In this document: one piece after another, positions 9,436 to 17,702 of the stretch
Layout: each line of letters opens with the position of its first letter
Numbering within the stretch: the first letter of the stretch is position 1
Source: an uncultured Verrucomicrobiota bacterium
GTDB lineage: Bacteria; Verrucomicrobiota; Verrucomicrobiia; Limisphaerales; UBA9464
Reading direction: 5' to 3'
Length of the DNA: 64,000 nt
Assembly: GCA_903854475.1 (NCBI GenBank)
Contig: CAINWP010000064.1
Span: 5,590 to 69,589, forward strand
Program-made: the position numbers and the translations under genes
The notes under the pieces: generated by a model
Told to the model about the DNA's origin: nothing
Database searches by the model: none
The model's input: only the letters and a program-made list of their open reading frames with translations

Positions 9436-10746
9436 TCAGGAAGCTAGCGGGATAAGGTCTGTTCCCAGATAGGGTTGGAGCGGTTCTGGCACCCGAATAC
9501 TGCCGTCGGCCTGCTGATGGGTTTCCACCAGTGCCACGAAGAGGCGGGCCAGAGCGGTGCCCGATCCATTGAGCAAGTGTGGGAAGAGATTCAGCCCGTC
9601 GGACTCCCGCTTGAATCGCAAGTTCATCCGGCGGGATTGATAATCTTCGCAGTTGGAGCAACTCGACACCTCCAAGTAGGTGCCCTGTCCTGGAGCCCAG
9701 ACTTCGATGTCATACGTCTTAGCGGCGGCGAAGCCCATGTCGCCGGTGCACAGGTTAATGACCCGGTAATGCAGCCCGAGGCGTTGCAAGACTGTCTCGG
9801 CGTTGTGGACCATCTTTTCTAGTTCCTCATAGCCCTGGTCCGGATGCACCACCTTGATGAGTTCCACCTTGTCGAACTGGTGGACCCGGATCATCCCTCG
9901 GGTACCCAATCCAGCGGCACCGGCCTCGGCTCGGAAGCAGGGCGAGTAGGCGCAGTAGCGCACTGGAAGCTGCTTCTCAGCGAGAATTTCCTCTCGATGG
10001 ATGTTGGCCACAGGGGCCTCCGCCGTCGGCAATAAGTACAATTTGCCCATCGTCGAGGTGTCGAGTCCCTCCTGCACGGCATAGGCCTGATCCCGGAATT
10101 TCGGAAACTGCCCCACGCCAATCATGCAGTGCTCTCCGACGATGTAAGGAGGGGCCACTTCGGTGTAGCCATGTTCCCGCTGATGGAGGTCGAGCAGAAA
10201 GTTGATCAGCGCCCGCTCCAACCGAGCTCCCCAACCTGTGTACAGAAGAAAGCCCGATCCGCTCAGCTTGGCTCCTCGGGCAAAGTCGATGAGCTTAAGG
10301 CGTTCGCAAAGCTCGACGTGGTTGCAGGGCGTGAACTCGAAGGAGGCCTTCAGGCCATGCACGCGAATCTCCGGATTGTCGGCCGCATCCTTACCCAAGG
10401 CGACGCTCGCGTGGGGAAGGTTGGGGATCATTAGTAGCAGGGAATCCCGTGCGGCCTCAGAGTGTGCAGCAGCCTTGTCGAGTTCAGTGATACGGTCGCC
10501 GAGGGCACGCACTTCCGATTTCTTGGCTTCGGCTTCATCGAGGCGCTTCTGGCCAATGAGCCCGCCGATTTCTTTTGAGGCGCTGTTGCGGCGTGCTTTG
10601 AGTTGCTCCGCCTCGGCGAGCGCGGCCCGTCGGGATTCATCCAACGCTAAGACTTCGGAGACCCTGGCTTCGTCACCGGCGTTCCGCGTGGCCAATCGCT
10701 CCCGGACGAACTCGGTCCGTTCGCGCAACAACTTCATGTCGAGCAT
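9436..10746 (-). CDS. serS: Seryl-tRNA synthetase
   Basis: 436 aa. N-terminal coiled-coil arm ('MLDMKLLRERTEFVRERLATRN') followed by a class-II core ('CFRAEAGAAGLGTRGMIRVHQFDKVE', 'LNGSGTALARLFVAL'). Confidence 0.95.
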   Translation of the reverse strand: MLDMKLLRERTEFVRERLATRNAGDEARVSEVLALDESRRAALAEAEQLKARRNSASKEIGGLIGQKRLDEAEAKKSEVRALGDRITELDKAAAHSEAARDSLLLMIPNLPHASVALGKDAADNPEIRVHGLKASFEFTPCNHVELCERLKLIDFARGAKLSGSGFLLYTGWGARLERALINFLLDLHQREHGYTEVAPPYIVGEHCMIGVGQFPKFRDQAYAVQEGLDTSTMGKLYLLPTAEAPVANIHREEILAEKQLPVRYCAYSPCFRAEAGAAGLGTRGMIRVHQFDKVELIKVVHPDQGYEELEKMVHNAETVLQRLGLHYRVINLCTGDMGFAAAKTYDIEVWAPGQGTYLEVSSCSNCEDYQSRRMNLRFKRESDGLNLFPHLLNGSGTALARLFVALVETHQQADGSIRVPEPLQPYLGTDLIPLAS

Positions 10747-10883
10747 GGAGACAGGGTAGGGAAGTGGAGGGGGGAAGGAGAACGGAATTTCTCGGCCTAT
10801 TCGAACCGGCCAAAACCAATGGGTTCATTCGCGATGCGATCCCGTAAGGAGTCGTCTCTGAAAGGAGAGGCGCGGGAACGCTG

Positions 10884-11213
10884 TCAGCCTTTGTTTAAAA
10901 GTTCGGAGAACTTTAGCGTTTGGGATGTGTGCACCCGGAATTGTTGTCCCAGAAATCCGGCGGCGGGGGAGCGTTGGCGCCAGTAGACGATGCTGCTCTT
11001 AATTTCGTTGAGATCGCGGGCGTTAGATATGTCTTTAACCACCTCCCGATAATGTTCACGCAACGGACCACACCACGGAAAGAACACGGTGGACCAAAAC
11101 CGTTGGGAAGGGGTTTGGAGTTCATTTGAGAGCGCATCAAGAGCCTCATGAAGGCTGCAATCCCGTTCCTCGATGATCCGCTCTGCGATGGTTTTCGGCC
11201 TGTGCGGGTGCAT
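10884..11213 (-). CDS. Hypothetical protein (109 aa), no family recognised
   Basis: ATG-started ORF in a locally AT-richer stretch. No motif recognised. Coding status is uncertain. Confidence 0.4.
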   Translation of the reverse strand: MHPHRPKTIAERIIEERDCSLHEALDALSNELQTPSQRFWSTVFFPWCGPLREHYREVVKDISNARDLNEIKSSIVYWRQRSPAAGFLGQQFRVHTSQTLKFSELLNKG

Positions 11214-11974
11214 TATTGCCTAATAATTTACCGGATTTAACCCAAGAAGCGAACTTCCCTCTGGGAACTGGTATTTGATGCCGTCGCGATGACTGAGGGC
11301 TGTGTAACGATCTCTGTTTTTACGCTGTTGAAAGTTTTACATTCAACTCAACGATTGTCGGATGCAGGATTGTTTTAGACTGTAGGAAATACCTTGCCAA
11401 TAAAAATTTTAAAAATCCTAGGTTTTACGCCGCTTTCACACTTTCAGAGGGCAGCATGCGCTCCCAAGGTGGGGCGGCTTAGAGGCTTTTCTGGTCCCAA
11501 TCGGGGTTGATCCCCGGCGTCGACAGCAATGGCTTCGGTGGTCATAAGAAGCGTCTGGCTGACAATCAAGGTGCTTCGTAAGGTTGAGAAACCCCATAAA
11601 AACCCTGATTTCCGTGGGTTATGTATCGAAAGTTTGGCGACTTCGCATGGCAGGCAAAGTCGTCGTTCCCGCCTTCTGAACTTCTGTCCTTCAACGCAAT
11701 GGGAACTCCCGCGCTGACAGGAAGCCACGGGGCGTCGGGCTACCGATATTGGAGGTCAACCCATTGAAAGGAGCGAAGAACTCCCTCCAAGGCGTGTTAC
11801 ATGGCCTTTCAATGCTTAAATATCAAACCAGCGCTTAAATGCTAATACAACATACATGACCTAAGCGTTTTAACTCATAAAGAGTCGGCCCTTCCGCAAG
11901 GGAAAAGGAACAGGATTTGATAGAGTCTAGACTTGCAAAAGTCGTGAAAATGCCCGCCCCTTTCGAAATCTGCC

Positions 11975-12235
11975 ATGGATAAGGAAGTTCCACCCATCTC
12001 CCGTATTCCGCCGCCCTTCGTCAATGCCTCCTCACCCCGCCACCGCCGATCACGGTGGGCCCATCGCACTAAGCGTTGGTTCAAAAAGATCCCGGACCGG
12101 CTGGCCGAGAGTAAGCTCAATTTGTATCAGGTCGTGGTGATGATCGGTGTGTGCTACGCTGTTTATCGATTCATCATTCCTATGTTTGACAGAGATATGG
12201 GCGGTGGCAGTGGCGGTGGTGGCGGTGAGGGCTGA
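11975..12235 (+). CDS. Hypothetical small membrane protein (86 aa)
   Basis: Basic N-terminus (RHRRSRWAHRTKRWFKK), one hydrophobic helix (LYQVVVMIGVCYAVYRFIIPMF) and a Gly-rich tail (GGGSGGGGGEG). There is no homology evidence, so this could be spurious. Confidence 0.3.
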   Translation: MDKEVPPISRIPPPFVNASSPRHRRSRWAHRTKRWFKKIPDRLAESKLNLYQVVVMIGVCYAVYRFIIPMFDRDMGGGSGGGGGEG

Positions 12236-12594
12236 ACTCCCCGTCGTTCAAGGTAGGTACCAAGTAGGAACCGCCGGGTGCTGGGGCTCTCCCAAGGAAC
12301 ACCTTTCGCTCGCCCATCGAGCCGAAGTGGCGGCGGAACGGGCTGGAGTGAGCATCGCGAGGTGGCGTAGAGGGCGAACATGCATCCCTATCCCTCGCAC
12401 ACGGCGTAGCACCCACTCGCTCAAGTCTGCCTGCAACCGCTGCGGAGCATCGAGAGTGTCGACTGAGCGCTTCAAACTCTCCGAGAATACACCTAACCCA
12501 ATTCGAACTATCGACGAAAGCCTGATTGGCCCGCATCCGTTTTGATCTTCCCACGCCGGTGAGCCTGGCGTTCACTCGCGCGTCTCTTCTGACA

Positions 12595-13836
12595 ATGAAA
12601 ATCGTACTCGCTTACTCCGGCGGCCTCGACACCTCGGTGCTGCTCTCCTGGATCAAGGAAACCTACGGCAATGCTGAAATGATCGCCTTCTGCGCCAACA
12701 TTGGCCAGGAGGACGAACTGAAGGGCCTGGAAAAGAAGGCCAAGAAAACGGGGGCCTCGAAGATCTACATCGACGATCTTCAGGAGGAGTTCGCACAAGA
12801 CTTCATTTACCCGATGCTTCGGGCCGGCGCGATTTACGAAGGACAATACTTCCTGGGAACGAGCATCGCCCGACCGCTCATCGCCAAGCGCATGGTGGAG
12901 ATCGCTCGCGCTGAGAAGGCCGACGCCATCGCCCACGGAGCGACGGGTAAGGGCAATGACCAGGTCCGCTTTGAGCTAACGGCGGCGGCACTGGCTCCTG
13001 ATCTCGAAATCATCGCCCCGTGGCGGGATGCTCGCTACCGCAAAGATTTCCCGGGTCGCCAGGAAATGATCGATTACTGTGCCGCCAAGGGGATTCCGGT
13101 TCAGGCCAGCGCCAAGAAGCCTTACTCCATGGACCGGAACCTCCTGCACATTTCCTATGAGGCTGGCATCCTAGAAGACCCTTGGTACGACTCCTTCGAC
13201 CTGAAAAATAGAGACTATTTCACCACGCTGTCGGTGATGCCGGAAGACGCACCAGACAAGCCGGAGTTCGTTACCCTCGACTACGTGAAGGGAGATTGCG
13301 TGGCGGTCAACGGCAAGAAGCTCAACCCGCTTCAGGTCATGCGGACCCTCAACAAGATCGGTGGCAAGCATGGCGTCGGTCGTGTGGATATGGTGGAAAA
13401 CCGCTTCGTGGGCATGAAAAGCCGCGGTGTGTACGAGACCCCGGGTGGCAGCATTTTGCACTATGCCCATCGCCAGATGGAAAGCCTCACCATGGACCGC
13501 GAGGTCATGCACCAGCGCGATGCGTTGGTGCCCAAGTACGCCGAATTAGTGTACAACGGCTTTTGGTATGCCCCGGAGCGCCTGGCCCTGCAGGCCTATG
13601 TTGAGGAGAGTCAGAAGAATGTCACCGGGACGGTCCGCGTGAAGCTTTACAAGGGCGGAATGTATGTCGCCGGCCGTAAGAGCCCGTTCAGTATGTACAA
13701 CCCGCATATTGCCACGATGGAGGCCGACCCGACCAAGGCTTACAATCAGGACGATGCGACGGGTTTCATTCGATTGAACGGCCTACGCCTTCGCGTCAAT
13801 TCCACGGTCAATGGCGCCAAGAATCTCCTGAGCTAA
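12595..13836 (+). CDS. argG: Argininosuccinate synthase
   Basis: The internal ATG at 12595 of track ORF 12526-13836 gives '[22 protein letters not shown]'. Other motifs include '[15 protein letters not shown]'. Length is ~413 aa. Confidence 0.95.
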   Translation: MKIVLAYSGGLDTSVLLSWIKETYGNAEMIAFCANIGQEDELKGLEKKAKKTGASKIYIDDLQEEFAQDFIYPMLRAGAIYEGQYFLGTSIARPLIAKRMVEIARAEKADAIAHGATGKGNDQVRFELTAAALAPDLEIIAPWRDARYRKDFPGRQEMIDYCAAKGIPVQASAKKPYSMDRNLLHISYEAGILEDPWYDSFDLKNRDYFTTLSVMPEDAPDKPEFVTLDYVKGDCVAVNGKKLNPLQVMRTLNKIGGKHGVGRVDMVENRFVGMKSRGVYETPGGSILHYAHRQMESLTMDREVMHQRDALVPKYAELVYNGFWYAPERLALQAYVEESQKNVTGTVRVKLYKGGMYVAGRKSPFSMYNPHIATMEADPTKAYNQDDATGFIRLNGLRLRVNSTVNGAKNLLS

Positions 13837-13847
13837 GCGCGCGTGGG

Positions 13848-14489
13848 TCACGGCCCCGTTTGGGCCTGGCCTCCCGGCCAATCCGACGGGGTGTTCCAGT
13901 TGGTGAGTGCGCGGTGATCCTGATCACTGAGCTCCCACGGACTCATCCATCCAGTTTCAAGGCCTCGGCGGCAGAATGCCTGCACCGAGGCCTTTTGCGT
14001 CTCCAGATGTTCCTGGGCGATGGCCCAGGCATGGTTTGGATAAATAGCGGCCAAGGGTTCCAGCGAACCTTGATGAATGGGAACGCATCCTTGATTGGGG
14101 GCGATCCGCGCTATCAATTGATGCAGCCATTCAACCGACAGTTCCGGTAAATCCACGGCGACCAAGAGAGTCCAACCGTTGGGGGAGCGCGCATGGGCCC
14201 ATCCGAGTCCAGCCTCCACTCCAGCCATGGGTCCGAGATCGGCAACTCGGTCTCTCAGGAGTGGAATGCCCGCGGGTGTGGGGGGTAGGGGAGGACGGTT
14301 CTCTGGGCCTGCCGCCACGGCAATGCTCCGGAGGCCTGCCTGCTCCAGAACCCCGATTTGACGGAGGAGCAGTGGCTGAGCATCGGATTCAAGCCAAGCC
14401 TTGTCTCGGCCCATTCGGAGGGATCGTCCTCCGGCCAAGATCACACCCGTGAGTTCTCCGCCGGCGAGTTGTTCGAAAACTGGGGTCAC
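13848..14489 (-). CDS. mobA: Molybdenum cofactor guanylyltransferase (MobA-like NTP transferase)
   Basis: N-terminal 'LTGVILAGGRSLRMGRDKAWL' and 'LVAVDLPEL' are typical of MobA. GTG start. Convergent with argG across an 11-bp gap. Confidence 0.75.
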   Translation of the reverse strand: MTPVFEQLAGGELTGVILAGGRSLRMGRDKAWLESDAQPLLLRQIGVLEQAGLRSIAVAAGPENRPPLPPTPAGIPLLRDRVADLGPMAGVEAGLGWAHARSPNGWTLLVAVDLPELSVEWLHQLIARIAPNQGCVPIHQGSLEPLAAIYPNHAWAIAQEHLETQKASVQAFCRRGLETGWMSPWELSDQDHRALTNWNTPSDWPGGQAQTGP

Positions 14490-14601
14490 CAGTTCTGAGC
14501 CTTTCTGGATCCTGATTGCTTGTCACCTCCCCGATGCCATCCGCCAGTGAAGTCGATGAAGCTCCTTGCCCCGGGCCGGGGTGACGGGTTTTCCTCCGCT
14601 C

Positions 14602-15345
14602 ATGTCTCAATTGGAAAATCAAGTGGCGGTGGTGACAGGGGCGAGTCGGGGAATAGGCCGAGCCATTGCACTTCGCTTCGCTCAGGCCGGTGCCGATGTA
14701 GTGGTCGTCTCGCGCACGGTGGAGAATTCTGAAAAAACCGCGGCCGAGATCCGGGCCTTAGGACGCAAGGCGTGGGCCTTAGCCGTGGACGTTTCCGATG
14801 CCGGTGCCATTGCCGCCGCCGCTGAAATCCTGCTCGAGCAGGCGGGGCGGGTGGATATCCTCGTCAACAATGCAGGTGTGACCAAGGACGGCCTCCTGAT
14901 GCGCATGAGCCAGTCCGACTGGGACACCGTGCTGAACACCAACTTGCGCGGAGCCTTCCTGTTCACCAAGGCGCTGACCCGAACCTTCCTCAAACAGCGC
15001 TCTGGCCGGATCATTAACCTGGCCAGCGTCATTGGGCTCATCGGCAACGCCGGTCAGGCCAACTACGCTGCGAGCAAGGCGGGCTTAATTGGGTTCACCA
15101 AGTCGGTGGCCAAGGAGTTTGGTTCCCGAGGTGTCACCTGCAATGCCATCGCTCCTGGATTCATCGAGACCGACATGACCGCAGCCCTCAACGAGGCGCA
15201 AAAAGAGGCGATTCTGAAGCAGATTCCGCTGGGGTGCCTGGGTCAGGCCTCGGACATCGCTGAAGCGGCGTTGTATCTTGCGGGTCCCGGAGGGCGTTAT
15301 ATCACCGGTCAGGTGCTGACGGTCGATGGGGGTATGGTGATGTGA
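14602..15345 (+). CDS. fabG: 3-oxoacyl-[ACP] reductase
   Basis: The internal ATG at 14602 gives 'MSQLENQVAVVTGASRGIGRAIA'. SDR motifs 'NNAGV' and 'YAASKAG' are present. It sits upstream of acpP and fabF. Confidence 0.9.
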   Translation: MSQLENQVAVVTGASRGIGRAIALRFAQAGADVVVVSRTVENSEKTAAEIRALGRKAWALAVDVSDAGAIAAAAEILLEQAGRVDILVNNAGVTKDGLLMRMSQSDWDTVLNTNLRGAFLFTKALTRTFLKQRSGRIINLASVIGLIGNAGQANYAASKAGLIGFTKSVAKEFGSRGVTCNAIAPGFIETDMTAALNEAQKEAILKQIPLGCLGQASDIAEAALYLAGPGGRYITGQVLTVDGGMVM

Positions 15346-15830
15346 GCGCGCAGTCACCCGCATCGGGACAGGGGGAACTCTTGCTGGACTGGGCCGGCGC
15401 CTCGGAGCAGGAGGCTTCGCCTCTGATAGCTTCCGAAGACCTTAGCCCGGAATGGTTGCAGCGATTGAGTCCCGAGGATCGCCGGCACGTGGCCAGCCTG
15501 GCCTGGGAGAGACGGCCACTGGTATTTCTGATCGATGCTCGAGCGCATTGGAATCTTGTGCGCCCGCGTCTGCCGTTGGCGGGCTTTGATGTTCTGGATT
15601 TCCAGGACCAGCCGGACGGCGATTTCAAAATCCTGGTACCCTCCGACCTCTCATCGCGGGAGTTGCAGCATCTTTTAAAATGCCTGCGGCAGAGTCGGTC
15701 ACCGCGAGCAGTGGTCTGTGAGCGTATGGGTTACACCGGGCGTGTGCTGGCCACTTTTGCTCGGCGTGAAAACTCTATTGAGGGTTCGGTTCCTCCTGTG
15801 TCACAACCAGCTGCGGCGAAAAATTCCTGA
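15342..15830 (+). CDS. Hypothetical protein (162 aa) inserted between fabG and acpP
   Basis: Its GTG start overlaps the fabG stop (GTGA at 15342-15345). The composition is non-repetitive and protein-like. No family recognised. Confidence 0.5.
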   Translation: MSAQSPASGQGELLLDWAGASEQEASPLIASEDLSPEWLQRLSPEDRRHVASLAWERRPLVFLIDARAHWNLVRPRLPLAGFDVLDFQDQPDGDFKILVPSDLSSRELQHLLKCLRQSRSPRAVVCERMGYTGRVLATFARRENSIEGSVPPVSQPAAAKNS

Positions 15831-15890
15831 ACGGGCGCTTGACGGTCGGGTGTCACAGGCCTAGACAGGCCGCCGAACGAGACATTTACC

Positions 15891-16136
15891 ATGGCTGATA
15901 AAACCATCGAGCAGCGGATTAAGGACATCATCATCGAGCAACTGGGCGTGACCGCCGACCAGGTGACTCCCGAAGCCAAGTTCATAGAGGACTTGGGCGC
16001 TGACTCCCTCGACACTGTCGAGTTGGTGATGGCTCTGGAGGAGGAATTCGGTTTGGAAATCCCAGACGACGAAGCTGAGAAGCTTCAGAGTGTTGGTGAC
16101 GTTATCAAGCACGTCGAGGACTCTCAGGCCAAGTAA
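15891..16136 (+). CDS. acpP: Acyl carrier protein
   Basis: 81 aa with the phosphopantetheine site '[20 protein letters not shown]'. Confidence 0.95.
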   Translation: MADKTIEQRIKDIIIEQLGVTADQVTPEAKFIEDLGADSLDTVELVMALEEEFGLEIPDDEAEKLQSVGDVIKHVEDSQAK

Positions 16137-16156
16137 CCCTGCGACCCGTTTCATCA

Positions 16157-16187
16157 GGGCAGCCCGGCTTCCGGAGCTGCCCTTTTT
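16157..16187 (+). terminator. Rho-independent terminator/attenuator after acpP
   Basis: GGGCAGCCCGG-ctt-CCGGAGCTGCCC, about 11 bp with one bulged A, followed by TTTTT (16183-16187). Confidence 0.6.
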
Positions 16188-16275
16188 CATTGTACTCACT
16201 CCGTAAACAGCAACCAACACCTAGGTTGACGCGCGCTTGTGTGTCTTCAGAGGGTGGGTAACCTGTCCCCGAACT

Positions 16276-17535
16276 ATGTCGAATGCTTGGTCTGAACGCC
16301 GCGTGGTTGTGACCGGTCTGGGTTGTGCCTCCCCGCTGGGGCTGGATGCCGACACCGTCTGGAAAAACATTATTGCTGGAAAATGCGGTGTGGGGCGCGT
16401 GAGTGCCTTCGACATCTCCGCCTACGACTGCCAAATCGCGGCCGAAGTGCGGGGGTTTGATCCGTTGCCCGCATTTCCCAGTCCCAAGGAAGTTCGCCGT
16501 TCTGACCGCTTCACTCACTTCGGTGTTTATGCCGGTTGGGGTGCATTGAAAGATTCTGGTTTGAATCTGGAGACTGAGAACCGGGACGAAATCGGTGTAT
16601 ACATCGGTTCGGGTATCGGCGGCCTTCACACCACCGAGGAGCAGCACAAAATCTTGTTGGCCAAGGGACCAGGGCGTGTCAGCCCGTTCATGATCCCGAT
16701 GCTCATCTTGAACATGTCTTCGGGTTTGTTCGCTCTCTACAACAACTTGCGTGGACCCAACTTTGCCACCTGCTCGGCCTGCGCGACCAGCAACCACGCC
16801 ATTGGTGAGGCCTGGTGGGCGATCAAGCGCGGCGATGCGGCAGTCATGTTCGCTGGCGGTACTGAGGCAACCGTTGTGCCCTTGGGCATGAGTGGTTTTG
16901 CGGCCATGAAGGCCATGTCTACTCGCAATGAGGATCCGCAACACGCTAGTCGACCCTTTGATCGCGATCGGGATGGATTCGTGATGGGGGAGGGGGCGGC
17001 GGTTCTGGTGCTCGAAGAGTTGGAACATGCCAAGAAGCGCGGGGCCCGCATCTATTGCGAGATCATGGGCTATGGCAACACGTGCGATGCTAACCACATG
17101 ACCTCGCCCGATCCCGAGGGAGCAGGCGCGGCGCGAGCGATCCAAATGGGGCTCAAGCACGCCGGGATGCGTCCCGAGGAAATCGATTACGTCAACGCGC
17201 ACGCCACCAGCACCCCGGTGGGGGATGTGTGCGAGACCCAGGCCATCAAGCGGGTTTTCGGTGATCACGCTCGGAAGCTGGCCATTAGTTCTACCAAAGG
17301 AGCCACCGGGCACATGCTCGGCGCGGCGGGCGGCATTGAATCGCTTTTGTGCTGCAAGGCCCTAGAAGCGCAGATCGCTCCGCCGACCATCAACCTGGAC
17401 AATCCGGATCCGCAGTGTGATCTCGATTATATTCCTCACACCCCGCGACCGATGAGGATCGATGCCTTCCTGAACAACTCGTTCGGATTTGGTGGCCACA
17501 ACGCGATCGTCATCGGCAAGCGGTTCGTGGGCTAA
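16276..17535 (+). CDS. fabF: 3-oxoacyl-[ACP] synthase II
   Basis: The internal ATG at 16276 gives 'MSNAWSERRVVVTGLG'. The active-site region 'ATCSACATSNHAIGEA', 'NAHATSTPVGD' and 'KGATGHMLGAAG' are present. Confidence 0.95.
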   Translation: MSNAWSERRVVVTGLGCASPLGLDADTVWKNIIAGKCGVGRVSAFDISAYDCQIAAEVRGFDPLPAFPSPKEVRRSDRFTHFGVYAGWGALKDSGLNLETENRDEIGVYIGSGIGGLHTTEEQHKILLAKGPGRVSPFMIPMLILNMSSGLFALYNNLRGPNFATCSACATSNHAIGEAWWAIKRGDAAVMFAGGTEATVVPLGMSGFAAMKAMSTRNEDPQHASRPFDRDRDGFVMGEGAAVLVLEELEHAKKRGARIYCEIMGYGNTCDANHMTSPDPEGAGAARAIQMGLKHAGMRPEEIDYVNAHATSTPVGDVCETQAIKRVFGDHARKLAISSTKGATGHMLGAAGGIESLLCCKALEAQIAPPTINLDNPDPQCDLDYIPHTPRPMRIDAFLNNSFGFGGHNAIVIGKRFVG

Positions 17536-17702
17536 GAAGCTCACTACTGGTGATCCGATATTGGTATGGCGCGGGTAGAGGGCCATTCGGCTGGCGCGCA
17601 GGGATCGTTCTCGGGCGGATGTTCCGCGCGACCATCGAGTGCTGAGCATCCAAATTCTCTCCGCGCTTTCCCATCGGGCCGGCTCGGGTCAGTCTTCGGA
17701 GC

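Noticed and set aside
11440-11830. Possible tmRNA, RNase P RNA or SRP RNA in the long non-coding gap.
   Set aside because: I looked on both strands and found none of the following: a T-arm (GGTTCGAATCC-like with a 7-nt loop) followed by an ACCA end, a GGGG..GA 5' end with an ...ALAA-type tag ORF, the RNase P P4 strings (GAGGAAAGTCCGGGC / ACAGAACCCGGCTTA), or the SRP GGAAGCAGCC motif. The region stays unassigned (see findings).
12526-12594. N-terminal extensions suggested by the track. Pairs are track start versus the start I use: argG 12526/12595, fabG 14566/14602, fabF 16237/16276, tolR 3027/3117, mutM 31752/31836, lipoprotein 32582/32720, dsbD 21412/21448, glgC 39068/39104, tolQ 1461/1509, heme protein 23812/24022.
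   Set aside because: The track takes the most upstream ATG/GTG/TTG. In each case the conserved N-terminus or signal peptide begins at an internal ATG. Several of the extensions would also overlap the preceding gene.
16105-17313. A 402-aa minus-strand ORF antisense to fabF.
   Set aside because: It completely overlaps the strongly conserved fabF frame. Its Arg/Gly/Pro/His-rich composition is typical of antisense frames in GC-rich DNA, and it has no recognisable motif.
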